In this document: positions 23,034 to 37,104 of the stretch, piece after piece
Layout: each line of letters begins with the position of its first letter
How positions within the stretch are numbered: position 1 is the stretch's first letter
Assembly: GCA_040954595.2 (NCBI GenBank)
Contig: JBECUI020000029.1
Span: 1-64,000 of the forward strand
Reading direction: 5' to 3'
Length of the DNA: 64,000 nt
Source: Balanoglossus misakiensis
Taxonomy: Eukaryota > Animalia > Hemichordata
Made by a program: the position numbers and the translations under genes
The notes under the pieces: generated by a model
What the model was told of the DNA's origin: nothing
Databases searched by the model: none
Seen by the model: the letters and a program-made list of their open reading frames with translations, nothing else

Positions 23034-23936
23034 GGCATTAACACATCAACGCTTCGGGGTGTCGTAACGGCGGCGCGGCGGGGGGGGGGGGGACGTGAAA
23101 ATGTTTGTATCAGGAACAAAATTCCCGTGCAAATCACCTTGATCCGGGTGGGTGGACTATTCGCGACAAATGTTGAAATCATACAAAGCATTTTACTTAA
23201 TTAACCCATTTTTTTCATTTATTTGTTTACAGTTTACAACGTCATAGAGAAGTTGAACTAGAGACTGGATCAGCGTGGGTGACACCATAGTACACCAATG
23301 TTTTCTTCAGTTTGATTCAATTGTAATTTAAAACTGAGATTGCCTAACGCTTTCCCAGATTTTTTTAACCACTGAGAAACTGTGGGTTTTTTTCTGGGTT
23401 TTGGTGCGAGGTGATCTCAGTCAGTGGTGTTAATTTAATTAATCATTTTCTTTTCCTATTTACGTCGACTGAAATGTATTTTGATAGGTGATAGTCATAC
23501 CATAAAAAAAATCTTACGGCGCGACTGCCAAAATGTACATTTATTTGTCCGTTCCAAGTTATTTTGTGTATGTGTGATGGGTGCCGGTGACTGTGCAGGG
23601 TTGATTTCCCTAGAGCGACTGTTATATTCGTTTTCCAACGATGATGAATTTACATGTTATTTGCTTGGCATTTTGACGCAGAGACACTTCTGAAAACACA
23701 AACCTATTAATTATGCCACGGGTGTAAATTGATCACATTAAAAGAGGCTTTAGACGTTTGCCGCGAGCTCCTGGTGGGCAGAATCTTGTCAGCCCAAATT
23801 TGACTATAAGTACATAGCCAATGATGTGACGCTCTCCCACATCCTTCGCCGCGCCTTTTCGCTGATTTACAGCATCTTGCGTAAACACTGTCATTTGATC
23901 TTGCTTGGCAGAAGTCAACTTGCTCTATACTACATT

Positions 23937-24302
23937 ATGGCGGCCAAGCTCAACTGCATATCAGATAATGCCAAGGAGCGTTTGAGAGGCATCCTCGCCA
24001 GAAGGAGTCGCGTTTCCGGTGACTGTGTGCTCTGGACGGGTGCAGCTTGTCGAAACGGCTATGGCTCTATTACGTTCAGAGATGAGAACACTCTAACCGC
24101 CTATGTCCATCACATTGCACTCCTAATTAACGGAGTGCAATTGGTGGGCAGGCGGTTAGAGTGTTCTCATCTTTGCAACGAAAAGCTATGCATCCGCCCA
24201 GAGCACATTGTCCAGGAAACGCGACTCCTAAACATTTCACGAAAGACGTGCTTTAAATCCCCAAAAGGGGAGTGTCACCACGATCCCAGGTGCCTAAGGT
24301 GA
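23937..24302 (+). CDS. His-Cys box endonuclease, unit 2
   Basis: Identical protein to unit 1. Confidence 0.88.
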   Translation: MAAKLNCISDNAKERLRGILARRSRVSGDCVLWTGAACRNGYGSITFRDENTLTAYVHHIALLINGVQLVGRRLECSHLCNEKLCIRPEHIVQETRLLNISRKTCFKSPKGECHHDPRCLR

Positions 24303-25922
24303 GTAATCCTCTTCTCATTTGATATGTATTGTGTGACCCTGCAGTTGAAACGCTTTCATCAATAATTTGCGGCGCGTGGGTAATCTCGGTGTTATTGACA
24401 ATGCAGCCGGCCCAAACATTTTTAAATTAACACTGTTTCTGACTGTATTAACGAAATGTCCAATTTGCAAGTAGCCTATAGACAACCCTTTTGAATGAGT
24501 TTTGTCTCGTTGAGATTTTATACATAAGGAACAATCTAGATTTATTTTAGAAGACACTGTTCTTTTAAAACAGCTAGCATAATACAGCTAAATTTCGGAA
24601 TTTCCGGACAATTTTCGGAATTCCTTTTAAATTTGAGAAATTTTTCATCAGATATAAGTGTTACTATTTATTGGACATGTTTTTATCATTGTTTACTTTT
24701 TAAGGTCATTCTCACCCCCCCCCCCCCCAAAAAAAGCCGCTTTAGGCTTCATGTTCAGTAAAAAATCTGGAAAGTTCAGCTGAATTTTACACTGATCACA
24801 CATTTTTGGGAAGGTCTGGCGCAAAATAAAGGATGACAAATGTAAATCTAATGTCACATTTGTAAACCTCTAAGTATTGTACACTCATTCTATTAAGTAT
24901 ATGCAAATAGTACGGATAATTTTTTCGGAATGTGGAATTCCGAAATTAGTTCGGAACGTGTTAGCAGTGAAGAGATCACCACTGAGGGTTGGAAGGCCTT
25001 GCCAGAAATTAACGCGTAAAGTACGCCCTCACAGGCCATGTAAACAAGGTCAAATAAGGCCGTCTGGCAAACGAATGATTAATTCAACGCGCCATTTGAG
25101 CCGAGCTGAGTTGGTCTGAGTTGCGTATCACACAGACTTAGGCTGAATGTCAGTGGAGTAACCAGTCCGTTTTAGATTTACCAATGATGTGAATTTAATT
25201 TCTTCACCCAGAAAAACAGAACACAACTTGTCTGCAACATGATGCTGGAGGTGACACATGACAGAGAAGTGGATCCGCGTTGTCAACACAGATGCCAGCA
25301 TTCAAAAGGGGAGTGCCACCTGCTAAAATCAACTCATCTGCTGTTGGCCCATTTTACCTGTGGCAACTGTTCAGAGGAGACAACGTTTATTCCGTGCAAG
25401 CCAACACGCAATGTTGGGGTCTACCTGTCAACACAGATGCAAGCATTCATGTGAGTGAGTATCAGGACTGACCTTGTATTTGCTGAATAATTCATAATGC
25501 CTATTTTAGAATTCTTAGAGGCATTTGGAGTTCATTGCCTGGTCAACCAAACTACACCCCTTAACAGCTGAAACAAAATGCGTATTGTGTTCATTCATTC
25601 ATTGCATCAATATATATAGGCAACATGAGTATCAAGTAGCACTATTTGTTTACGATTGTATTCATGAAAACTTCCCACTAACAATTCCACAGTTAATATT
25701 GAACACATTTATCCAACAAGGTCAAAAGAAAAAGGGAATCTTCTGGTTCCAAAATACGCCACAAATGTGGGTCAACATACAGTGAAATATTATGGTGCTC
25801 AAATATGCAACATATCAAATCTGTCTCATCAAAGTCATGCTTTAAAAAAGAATTGAAAAGGTATTATTTATCCATTTGACTGCTGTATTTTCAGAAGGAA
25901 AACAAACTGAATTTGGTTTTTC

Positions 25923-28900
25923 AAGTACCTTATATTTTCTGTAAAATAGACATTTAATTGGCAAGCCGTCCTGCATCAATTATTAATTGTGTACATGCAC
26001 TAAAGCGCCCTCACTGCTGGGTGTGTTGTATGGTCTTTAACCCTGTTTCAAATTAGAGTACTTTCTGCAATTTCAAGACAGATCTTACGTGCCATTGGAG
26101 AGCTCCATTGACTGGTCATTCATACTGTTTTCATTCATTCATTGCGGCATCAATATATTTTATCTATTCTAGCCAAAGAGCTTGGCACCTGTTGAAATGA
26201 ACTCATCTGCTGTGGGCCAGTTTATTGGTGGCAGTTGAGCTGAGGAGAGCACCTTCCTTCCCGGCACGCCACCAAGTAAAGTTCCACGCCGCCCACCACA
26301 GATGCCAGCATTCATTCATGCGAGTGAGTGTAATTGCAAATTTGCCTATTCTAGATCTGTAATGGAAATGGAGAAAGTACCTTATATTTTCTGTAAAATA
26401 GACATTTAATTGGCAAGCCGTCCTGCATCAATTATTAATTGTGTACATGCACTAAAGCGCCCTCACTGCTGGGTGTGTTGTATGGTCTTTAACCCTGTTT
26501 CAAATTAGAGTACTTTCTGCAATTTCAAGACAGATCTTACGTGCCATTGGAGAGCTCCATTGACTGGTCATTCATACTGTTTTCATTCATTCATTGCGGC
26601 ATCAATATATTTTATCTATTCTAGCCAAAGAGCTTGGCACCTGTTGAAATGAACTCATCTGCTGTGGGCCAGTTTATTGGTGGCAGTTGAGCTGAGGAGA
26701 GCACCTTCCTTCCCGGCACGCCACCAAGTAAAGTTCCACGCCGCCCACCACAGATGCCAGCATTCATTCATGCGAGTGAGTGTAATTGCAAATTTGCCTA
26801 TTCTAGATCTGTAATGGAAATGGAGAAAGTACCTTATATTTTCTGTAAAATAGACATTTAATTGGCAAGCCGTCCTGCATCAATTATTAATTGTGTACAT
26901 GCACTAAAGCGCCCTCACTGCTGGGTGTGTTGTATGGTCTTTAACCCTGTTTCAAATTAGAGTACTTTCTGCAATTTCAAGACAGATCTTACGTGCCATT
27001 GGAGAGCTCCATTGACTGGTCATTCATACTGTTTTCATTCATTCATTGCGGCATCAATATATTTTATCTATTCTAGCCAAAGAGCTTGGCACCTGTTGAA
27101 ATGAACTCATCTGCTGTGGGCCAGTTTATTGGTGGCAGTTGAGCTGAGGAGAGCACCTTCCTTCCCGGCACGCCACCAAGTAAAGTTCCACGCCGCCCAC
27201 CACAGATGCCAGCATTCATTCATGCGAGTGAGTGTAATTGCAAATTTGCCTATTCTAGATCTGTAATGGAAATGGAGAAAGTACCTTATATTTTCTGTAA
27301 AATAGACATTTAATTGGCAAGCCGTCCTGCATCAATTATTAATTGTGTACATGCACTAAAGCGCCCTCACTGCTGGGTGTGTTGTATGGTCTTTAACCCT
27401 GTTTCAAATTAGAGTACTTTCTGCAATTTCAAGACAGATCTTACGTGCCATTGGAGAGCTCCATTGACTGGTCATTCATACTGTTTTCATTCATTCATTG
27501 CGGCATCAATATATTTTATCTATTCTAGCCAAAGAGCTTGGCACCTGTTGAAATGAACTCATCTGCTGTGGGCCAGTTTATTGGTGGCAGTTGAGCTGAG
27601 GAGAGCACCTTCCTTCCCGGCACGCCACCAAGTAAAGTTCCACGCCGCCCACCACAGATGCCAGCATTCATTCATGCGAGTGAGTGTAATTGCAAATTTG
27701 CCTATTCTAGATCTGTAATGGAAATGGAGAAAGTACCTTATATTTTCTGTAAAATAGACATTTAATTGGCAAGCCGTCCTGCATCAATTATTAATTGTGT
27801 ACATGCACTAAAGCGCCCTCACTGCTGGGTGTGTTGTATGGTCTTTAACCCTGTTTCAAATTAGAGTACTTTCTGCAATTTCAAGACAGATCTTACGTGC
27901 CATTGGAGAGCTCCATTGACTGGTCATTCATACTGTTTTCATTCATTCATTGCGGCATCAATATATTTTATCTATTCTAGCCAAAGAGCTTGGCACCTGT
28001 TGAAATGAACTCATCTGCTGTGGGCCAGTTTATTGGTGGCAGTTGAGCTGAGGAGAGCACCTTCTTTCCCGGCACGCCACCAAGTAAAGTTCCACGCCGC
28101 CCACCACAGATGCCAGCATTCATTCATGCGAGTGAGTGTAATTGCAAATTTGCCTATTTACGTGCCATTGGAGAGCTCCATTGACTGGTCATTCATACTG
28201 TTTTCATTCATTCATTGCGGCATCAATATATTTTATCTATTCTAGCCAAAGAGCTTGGCACCTGTTGAAATGAACTCATCTGCTGTGGGCCAGTTTATTG
28301 GTGGCAGTTGAGCTGAGGAGAGCACCTTCCTTCCCGGCACGCCACCAAGTAAAGTTCCACGCCGCCCACCACAGATGCCAGCATTCATTCATGCGAGTGA
28401 GTGTAATTGCAAATTTGCCTATTCTAGAATCTTACGTGCCATTGGAGAGCTCCATTGACTGGTCATTCATACTGTTTTCATTCATTCATTGCGGCATCAA
28501 TATATTTTATCTATTCTAGCCGAAGAGCTTGGCACCTGTTGAAATGAACTCATCTGCTGTGGGCCAGTTTATTGGTGGCAGTTGAGCTGAGGAGAGCACC
28601 TTCCTTCCCGGCACGCCACCAAGTAAAGTTCCACGCCGCCCACCACAGATGCCAGCATTCATTCATGCGAGTGAGTGTAATTGCAAATTTGCCTATTCTA
28701 GATCTGTAATGGAAATGGAGAAAGTACCTTATATTTTCTGTAAAATAGACATTTAATTGGCAAGCCGTCCTGCATCAATTATTAATTGTGTACATGCACT
28801 AAAGCGCCCTCACTGCTGGGTGTGTTGTATGGTCTTTAACCCTGTTTCAAATTAGAGTACTTTCTGCAATTTCAAGACAGATCTTACGTGCCATTGGAGA

Positions 28901-31900
28901 GCTCCATTGACTGGTCATTCATACTGTTTTCATTCATTCATTGCGGCATCAATATATTTTATCTATTCTAGCCAAAGAGCTTGGCACCTGTTGAAATGAA
29001 CTCATCTGCTGTGGGCCAGTTTATTGGTGGCAGTTGAGCTGAGGAGAGCACCTTCCTTCCCGGCACGCCACCAAGTAAAGTTCCACGCCGCCCACCACAG
29101 ATGCCAGCATTCATTCATGCGAGTGAGTGTAATTGCAAATTTGCCTATTCTAGATTCTTACGTGCCATTGGAGAGCTCCATTGACTGGTCATTCATACTG
29201 TTTTCATTCATTCATTGCGGCATCAATATATTTTATCTATTCTAGCCAAAGAGCTTGGCACCTGTTGAAATGAACTCATCTGCTGTGGGCCAGTTTATTG
29301 GTGGCAGTTGAGCTGAGGAGAGCACCTTCCTTCCCGGCACGCCACCAAGTAAAGTTCCACGCCGCCCACCACAGATGCCAGCATTCATTCATGCGAGTGA
29401 GTGTAATTGCAAATTTGCCTATTCTAGAATCTTACGTGCCATTGGAGAGCTCCATTGACTGGTCATTCATACTGTTTTCATTCATTCATTGCGGCATCAA
29501 TATATTTTATCTATTCTAGCCAAAGAGCTTGGCACCTGTTGAAATGAACTCATCTGCTGTGGGCCAGTTTATTGGTGGCAGTTGAGCTGAGGAGAGCACC
29601 TTCCTTCCCGGCACGCCACCAAGTAAAGTTCCACGCCGCCCACCACAGATGCCAGCATTCATTCATGCGAGTGAGTGTAATTGCAAATTTGCCTATTCTA
29701 GATCTGTAATGGAAATGGAGAAAGTACCTTATATTTTCTGTAAAATAGACATTTAATTGGCAAGCCGTCCTGCATCAATTATTAATTGTGTACATGCACT
29801 AAAGCGCCCTCACTGCTGGGTGTGTTGTATGGTCTTTAACCCTGTTTCAAATTAGAGTACTTTCTGCAATTTCAAGACAGATCTTACGTGCCATTGGAGA
29901 GCTCCATTGACTGGTCATTCATACTGTTTTCATTCATTCATTGCGGCATCAATATATTTTATCTATTCTAGCCAAAGAGCTTGGCACCTGTTGAAATGAA
30001 CTCATCTGCTGTGGGCCAGTTTATTGGTGGCAGTTGAGCTGAGGAGAGCACCTTCCTTCCCGGCACGCCACCAAGTAAAGTTCCACGCCGCCCACCACAG
30101 ATGCCAGCATTCATTCATGCGAGTGAGTGTAATTGCAAATTTGCCTATTCTAGATCTGTAATGGAAATGGAGAAAGTACCTTATATTTTCTGTAAAATAG
30201 ACATTTAATTGGCAAGCCGTCCTGCATCAATTATTAATTGTGTACATGCACTAAAGCGCCCTCACTGCTGGGTGTGTTGTATGGTCTTTAACCCTGTTTC
30301 AAATTAGAGTACTTTCTGCAATTTCAAGACAGATCTTACGTGCCATTGGAGAGCTCCATTGACTGGTCATTCATACTGTTTTCATTCATTCATTGCGGCA
30401 TCAATATATTTTATCTATTCTAGCCAAAGAGCTTGGCACCTGTTGAAATGAACTCATCTGCTGTGGGCCAGTTTATTGGTGGCAGTTGAGCTGAGGAGAG
30501 CACCTTCCTTCCCGGCACGCCACCAAGTAAAGTTCCACGCCGCCCACCACAGATGCCAGCATTCATTCATGCGAGTGAGTGTAATTGCAAATTTGCCTAT
30601 TCTAGATCTGTAATGGAAATGGAGAAAGTACCTTATATTTTCTGTAAAATAGACATTTAATTGGCAAGCCGTCCTGCATCAATTATTAATTGTGTACATG
30701 CACTAAAGCGCCCTCACTGCTGGGTGTGTTGTATGGTCTTTAACCCTGTTTCAAATTAGAGTACTTTCTGCAATTTCAAGACAGATCTTACGTGCCATTG
30801 GAGAGCTCCATTGACTGGTCATTCATACTGTTTTCATTCATTCATTGCGGCATCAATATATTTTATCTATTCTAGCCAAAGAGCTTGGCACCTGTTGAAA
30901 TGAACTCATCTGCTGTGGGCCAGTTTATTGGTGGCAGTTGAGCTGAGGAGAGCACCTTCCTTCCCGGCACGCCACCAAGTAAAGTTCCACGCCGCCCACC
31001 ACAGATGCCAGCATTCATTCATGCGAGTGAGTGTAATTGCAAATTTGCCTATTCTAGATCTGTAATGGAAATGGAGAAAGTACCTTATATTTTCTGTAAA
31101 ATAGACATTTAATTGGCAAGCCGTCCTGCATCAATTATGAATTGTGTACATGCACTAAAGCGCCCTCACTGCTGGGTGTGTTGTATGGTCTTTAACCCTG
31201 TTTCAAATTAGAGTACTTTCTGCAATTTCAAGACAGATCTTACGTGCCATTGGAGAGCTCCATTGACTGGTCATTCATACTGTTTTCATTCATTCATTGC
31301 GGCATCAATATATTTTATCTATTCTAGCCAAAGAGCTTGGCACCTGTTGAAATGAACTCATCTGCTGTGGGCCAGTTTATTGGTGGCAGTTGAGCTGAGA
31401 AGAGCACCTTCCTTCCCGGCACGCCACCAAGTAAAGTTCCACGCCGCCCACCACAGATGCCAGCATTCATTCATGCGAGTGAGTGTAATTGCAAATTTGC
31501 CTATTCTAGATCTGTAATGGAAATGGAGAAAGTACCTTATATTTTCTGTAAAATAGACATTTAATTGGCAAGCCGTCCTGCATCAATTATGAATTGTGTA
31601 CATGCACTAAAGCGCCCTCACTGCTGGGTGTGTTGTATGGTCTTTAACCCTGTTTCAAATTAGAGTACTTTCTGCAATTTCAAGACAGATCTTACGTGCC
31701 ATTGGAGAGCTCCATTGACTGGTCATTCATACTGTTTTCATTCATTCATTGCGGCATCAATATATTTTATCTATTCTAGCCAAAGAGCTTGGCACCTGTT
31801 GAAATGAACTCATCTGCTGTGGGCCAGTTTATTGGTGGCAGTTGAGCTGAGCAGAGCACCTTCCTTCCCGGCACGCCACCAAGTAAAGTTCCACGCCGCC

Positions 31901-33677
31901 CACCACAGATGCCAGCATTCATTCATGCGAGTGAGTGTAATTGCAAATTTGCCTATTCTAGATCTGTAATGGAAATGGAGAAAGTACCTTATATTTTCTG
32001 TAAAATAGACATTTAATTGGCAAGCCGTCCTGCATCAATTATGAATTGTGTACATGCACTAAAGCGCCCTCACTGCTGGGTGTGTTGTATGGTCTTTAAC
32101 CCTGTTTCAAATTAGAGTACTTTCTGCAATTTCAAGACAGATCTTACGTGCCATTGGAGAGCTCCATTGACTGGTCATTCATACTGTTTTCATTCATTCA
32201 TTGCGGCATCAATATATTTTATCTATTCTAGCCAAAGAGCTTGGCACCTGTTGAAATGAACTCATCTGCTGTGGGCCAGTTTATTGGTGGCAGTTGAGCT
32301 GAGAAGAGCACCTTCCTTCCCGGCACGCCACCAAGTAAAGTTCCACGCCGCCCACCACAGATGCCAGCATTCATTCATGCGAGTGAGTGTAATTGCAAAT
32401 TTGCCTATTCTAGATCTGTAATGGAAATGGAGAAAGTACCTTATATTTTCTGTAAAATAGACATTTAATTGGCAAGCCGTCCTGCATCAATTATGAATTG
32501 TGTACATGCACTAAAGCGCCCTCACTGCTGGGTGTGTTGTATGGTCTTTAACCCTGTTTCAAATTAGAGTACTTTCTGCAATTTCAAGACAGATCTTACG
32601 TGCCATTGGAGAGCTCCATTGACTGGTCATTCATACTGTTTTCATTCATTCATTGCGGCATCAATATATTTTATCTATTCTAGCCAAAGAGCTTGGCACC
32701 TGTTGAAATGAACTCATCTGCTGTGGGCCAGTTTATTGGTGGCAGTTGAGCTGAGGAGAGCACCTTCCTTCCCGGCACGCCACCAAGTAAAGTTCCACGC
32801 CGCCCACCACAGATGCCAGCATTCATTCATGCGAGTGAGTGTAATTGCAAATTTGCCTATTCTAGATCTGTAATGGAAATGGAGAAAGTACCTTATATTT
32901 TCTGTAAAATAGACATTTAATTGGCAAGCCGTCCTGCATCAATTATTAATTGTGTACATGCACTAAAGCGCCCTCACTGCTGGGTGTGTTGTATGGTCTT
33001 TAACCCTGTTTCAAATTAGAGTACTTTCTGCAATTTCAAGACAGATCTTACGTGCCATTGGAGAGCTCCATTGACTGGTCATTCATACTGTTTTCATTCA
33101 TTCATTGCGGCATCAATATATTTTACAGCCGAAATTATGAAAGGTCGCCGATTCAATATGTGATCTAGACGTCCTGTGTGCACTGAACACACGATGTGTT
33201 TATCTAACACAAACAACAGAACCTCTCATAAAAGAGATGCGGTATCATTAGACTAATTACAGATGGTAGTCTGGAAACACGCTCCCCCTCAGAGAGAGTT
33301 GTTTACTTGGGTACGATGTCAAAGTTTAATCTCAAAGTGTATACGCTTTATGTTGAGAGTGTACCCAAGTAAACAACTCTCTCTGAGGGGGAGCGTGTTT
33401 CCAGACTACCATCTGTAATTAGTCTAATGATACCGCATCTCTTTTATGAGAGGTTCTGTTGTTTGTGTTAGATAAACACATCGTGTGTTCAGTGCACACA
33501 GGACGTCTAGATCACATATTGAATCGGCGACCTTTCATAATTTCGGCTGTATCTATTCTAGCCAAAGAGCTTGGCACCTGTTGAAATGAACTCATCTGCT
33601 GTGGGCCAGTTTATTGGTGGCAGTTGAGCTGAGGAGAGCACCTTCCTTCCCGGCACGCCACCAAGTACAGTTCCACG
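25923..33677 (+). repeat. Satellite array 2: 13 x 452-bp monomers, 4 short monomers, one partial, plus MITE insertion
   Basis: Lengths sum to 7,755 bp including 426 bp of MITE + TSD. Private SNPs (TTATGAATTG, GAGAAGAG) occur at about 31.1-32.5 kb. Confidence 0.95.
33126..33549. mobile_element. 424-bp fold-back MITE with TA target duplication (Tc1/mariner/pogo-type ends CAG...CTG)
   Basis: 189-bp inverted arms (33126-33314 / 33361-33549) with no mismatch seen and a 46-bp loop. TA at 33124-25 and 33550-51; the empty site TTTTATCTATTC is seen in other monomers. Confidence 0.93.
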
Positions 33678-34064
33678 TGCATTCCTGGCCCTGGTTTTAT
33701 TTATGTTTACAGACAATATTGCATTTTTGTACAAGTATTTTAATCAACTATAAATTTTGAATGTGTCATTTACCTGAACCGGTCATGTTGACCAGAATGA
33801 TACATTTCTGCCTTCACTCACCCTATAAATATGTGATTGAGACATAGGTCATTTGCATAAGCTAACATACCAGAAAGTAAGCATATCTGTTGTTTTCCCT
33901 GTGTCACTGCCATCAAAGTAAAAATTAGACGTTGTGTAGAGCAAACTCCAATTTTTTGTTCTCAATAAACATGGATGAATTACATAGAATGTGTTTGTTG
34001 TTTACAGTCTTTAAATGACACATTAGATTATGCACTTTACAAAACGTTTCTGAGAAACAAGTGA

Positions 34065-34559
34065 CTAACTAGTTTCTTTCCACTGTGGCCAACGTGGTTC
34101 ACTGTTTGTGTCAGAATCTCTCTGTTTTGCAAGGATTTTGAAATCATAGTGGTGACATGCATAGTGAAAATCAGCTACTTTCAAATGTCCGTCATGTTCA
34201 TGCTGTAATTGAATTTTCAAAGCTGGGCTGGCGTGTTTTTTCTTATTTACATAAGTATCACACTTTATACATGTATCTTCATGGGGTTTTTTGAGTCCCG
34301 TATTTAGGTCCTCTCTCACAATTTTACGAAATATCGTATAACTGACAGTTGTTCTTCCCAGAAGAGATTGGTTGGTTATGAACTCTCGGTGTAACTGCGA
34401 TATACTGTGGGCCGGCGCCAGGTACGGTTTAAATCGAGGATTCCTGCAGTAGTGAGATTCTACAATTCTGTGCCTGCGTACGTGTTCAGTGATATCAGTC
34501 AGCAAATTTGGATTGAGTTTCCGACGATGCCCTTTGTGTCGGCCCCTTGCATCTGGCAT
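34065..34559 (-). pseudogene. 5'-truncated transposase N-half copy within the 902-bp duplication, unit 3
   Basis: Same as 18157-18651. Confidence 0.8.
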
Positions 34560-34966
34560 CAGACCAGTAAAGTTCCATGTGCATTCCTGGCCCTGGTTTT
34601 ATTTATGTTTACAGACAATATTGCATTTTTGTACAAGTATTTTAATCAACTATAAATTTTGAATGTGTCATTTACCTGAACCGGTCATGTTGACCAGAAT
34701 GATACATTTCTGCCTTCACTCACCCTATAAATATGTGATTGAGACATAGGTCATTTGCATAAGCTAACATACCAGAAAGTAAGCATATCTGATGTTTTCC
34801 CTGTGTCACTGCCATCAAAGTAAAAATTAGACGTTGTGTAGAGCAAACTCCAATTTTTTGTTCTCAATAAACATGGATGAATTACATAGAATGTGTTTGT
34901 TGTTTACAGTCTTTAAATGACACATTAGATTATGCACTTTACAAAACGTTTCTGAGAAACAAGTGA

Positions 34967-35923
34967 CTAACTAGTTTCTTTCCACTGTGGCCAACGTGGT
35001 TCACTGTTTGTGTCAGAATCTCTCTGTTTTGCAAGGATTTTGAAATCATAGTGGTGACATGCATAGTGAAAATCAGCTACTTTCAAATGTCCGTCATGTT
35101 CATGCTGTAATTGAATTTTCAAAGCTGGGCTGGCGTGTTTTTTCTTATTTACATAAGTATCACACTTTATACATGTATCTTCATGGGGTTTTCTGAGTCC
35201 CGTATTTAGGTCCTCTCTCACAATTTTACGAAATATCGTATAACTGACAGTTGTTCTTCCCAGAAGAGATTGGTTGGTTATGAACTCTCGGTGTAACTGC
35301 GATATACTGTGGTCCGGCGCCAGGTACGGTTTAAATCGAGGATTCCTGCAGTAGTGAGATTCTACAATTCTGTGCCTGCGTACGTGTTCAGTGATATCAG
35401 TCAGCAAATTTGGATTGAGTTTCCGACGATGCCCTTTGTGTCGGCCCCTTGCATCTGGCATCAGACCAGTTGAACAGTGCATCATTTTGCTTAGAACGGT
35501 TCTAGTCCGCCTCTCACTAATGCCAAATAATTTCAGGAATGCATTTTTGCAGACAGTAACCGTTTCACCGCCTTCATTCACCAGGTGATAACGAACCGAT
35601 TTCTTGTGTGACTTCATCTGCATATCCATCAGTTTGTAGAGCATCAAGTTCTGTTCATTATACACGCGACCATCAAAATATTTTCTCGTGGTGCCTAAAA
35701 CATGCGTACTCCCAAGCTTCCGCAGACAATTCCCTTGAACGCAGGCGCATTCCAAGGAAAGACTGTCAATATCTGGAAAAGGGCGATTTTTCCTTGGTTT
35801 TTGTCTCGGACACGTCTTTTTAGAATTCCTACGTGGCTTGTTGGCTCGAGCTGACAGTTCGGTTCTGCGTTGCTGCCACACAGGAATGGGTTCCCACGCA
35901 TAAGCAACTCCCCGGCAGGCCAT
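34967..35923 (-). CDS. Sola1-like transposase N-terminal half, unit 3
   Basis: Identical protein to unit 1. Confidence 0.8.
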   Translation of the reverse strand: MACRGVAYAWEPIPVWQQRRTELSARANKPRRNSKKTCPRQKPRKNRPFPDIDSLSLECACVQGNCLRKLGSTHVLGTTRKYFDGRVYNEQNLMLYKLMDMQMKSHKKSVRYHLVNEGGETVTVCKNAFLKLFGISERRTRTVLSKMMHCSTGLMPDARGRHKGHRRKLNPNLLTDITEHVRRHRIVESHYCRNPRFKPYLAPDHSISQLHREFITNQSLLGRTTVSYTIFRKIVREDLNTGLRKPHEDTCIKCDTYVNKKKHASPALKIQLQHEHDGHLKVADFHYACHHYDFKILAKQRDSDTNSEPRWPQWKETS

Positions 35924-35970
35924 GGTCACAGCTGAAGTATTTGTTCAAGTACTGACTGACTAAACGCGGC

Positions 35971-37104
35971 ATGGAACAAACGAACGAACGACTTCACGTT
36001 CGGAAAAAAAATCGTTGCGAGCTGTTGGGTGCATGCCTCTATAGTTGTCGGCAACCGTTCTTTTTTATTGCTAAACAATGCTGTCAGAGCATGGAAGGTG
36101 TGGTGGAAAACGAACAGAGGTTTTGTACGACCAACGATTGGATGGTGCTACATATGGACTTCCACAAGTCATTGCCGGTTCCTAAACTCAGCTCTGAAGA
36201 CTTTTACTTTAAATCGAAATTGCAAATGAAGCTCCTTGGAATTTACAACGGGACAACGGAAAAGATGCATTGTTATGTATGGACAGAGCTCGATAGCAGA
36301 AAGTCTCCCGATGAAGTTATTACCTGTCTAAATCACTTTTTTTATAACTCGGGTGTGACCAGCAGACATGCAGTTATTTACAGCGACAACTGCCGTGCCG
36401 AATTCAAGTGTGGGAAGTTAATGTTTTACTATGACTATCTGTTACGAAAGGGCGTGTTTCGACGAATTGACTATAAAACTCTTGTGGCTGGACACACGTA
36501 CTCCACCTGTGACCGAGTTTTTGCGTCCATTGAAAGGCATGCAAGTCGTTTCCAGAGTATAGAGACACCTCACGATTGGACATCTGTGATTCGAGGATCT
36601 TCTCTGAATGGGAACATTGGAGTTACGGAGATGACTCACAGAGACTTTTTCAATTATTCTGATTTCCTGAAAAATGAGTACGTTGTGCGTTATGCAGATA
36701 CAAACAATGTAACTTTTTACTACCAAGCCATGCACTATTTTAATTTTGGAGAAGGAGAAAGGCTTGATACCGACGGCAACCTCAGAACATTTAGTCATGC
36801 AGATAAAGTTTGGGTGAGAACATCTCTAGATCCAAGCGAGACCCCGATTGTAGTCGACTTTAGAAAGAAGAAGCAGAACCGGCGTTTACAAGATTGTACG
36901 CTGAACAAACTTTATCAGGAACGTCGACCACTGGCGAGCAAAGTTTGGCGGGATCTTCAGAGTTTAGCCAAAAATTACCTGTCTCCGGAGGCAATAGAAT
37001 TTTATAGGAATCTACCGCTTCAGGAGAGTAGTGGCACCTCTGCAGACCCGTACGCCTTTCATGATGATGACGACGACGATGATGATGATATGGGCGGTGG
37101 TTGA
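35971..37104 (+). CDS. Sola1-like DDD transposase catalytic half, unit 3
   Basis: Identical protein to unit 1. Confidence 0.85.
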   Translation: MEQTNERLHVRKKNRCELLGACLYSCRQPFFFIAKQCCQSMEGVVENEQRFCTTNDWMVLHMDFHKSLPVPKLSSEDFYFKSKLQMKLLGIYNGTTEKMHCYVWTELDSRKSPDEVITCLNHFFYNSGVTSRHAVIYSDNCRAEFKCGKLMFYYDYLLRKGVFRRIDYKTLVAGHTYSTCDRVFASIERHASRFQSIETPHDWTSVIRGSSLNGNIGVTEMTHRDFFNYSDFLKNEYVVRYADTNNVTFYYQAMHYFNFGEGERLDTDGNLRTFSHADKVWVRTSLDPSETPIVVDFRKKKQNRRLQDCTLNKLYQERRPLASKVWRDLQSLAKNYLSPEAIEFYRNLPLQESSGTSADPYAFHDDDDDDDDDMGGG

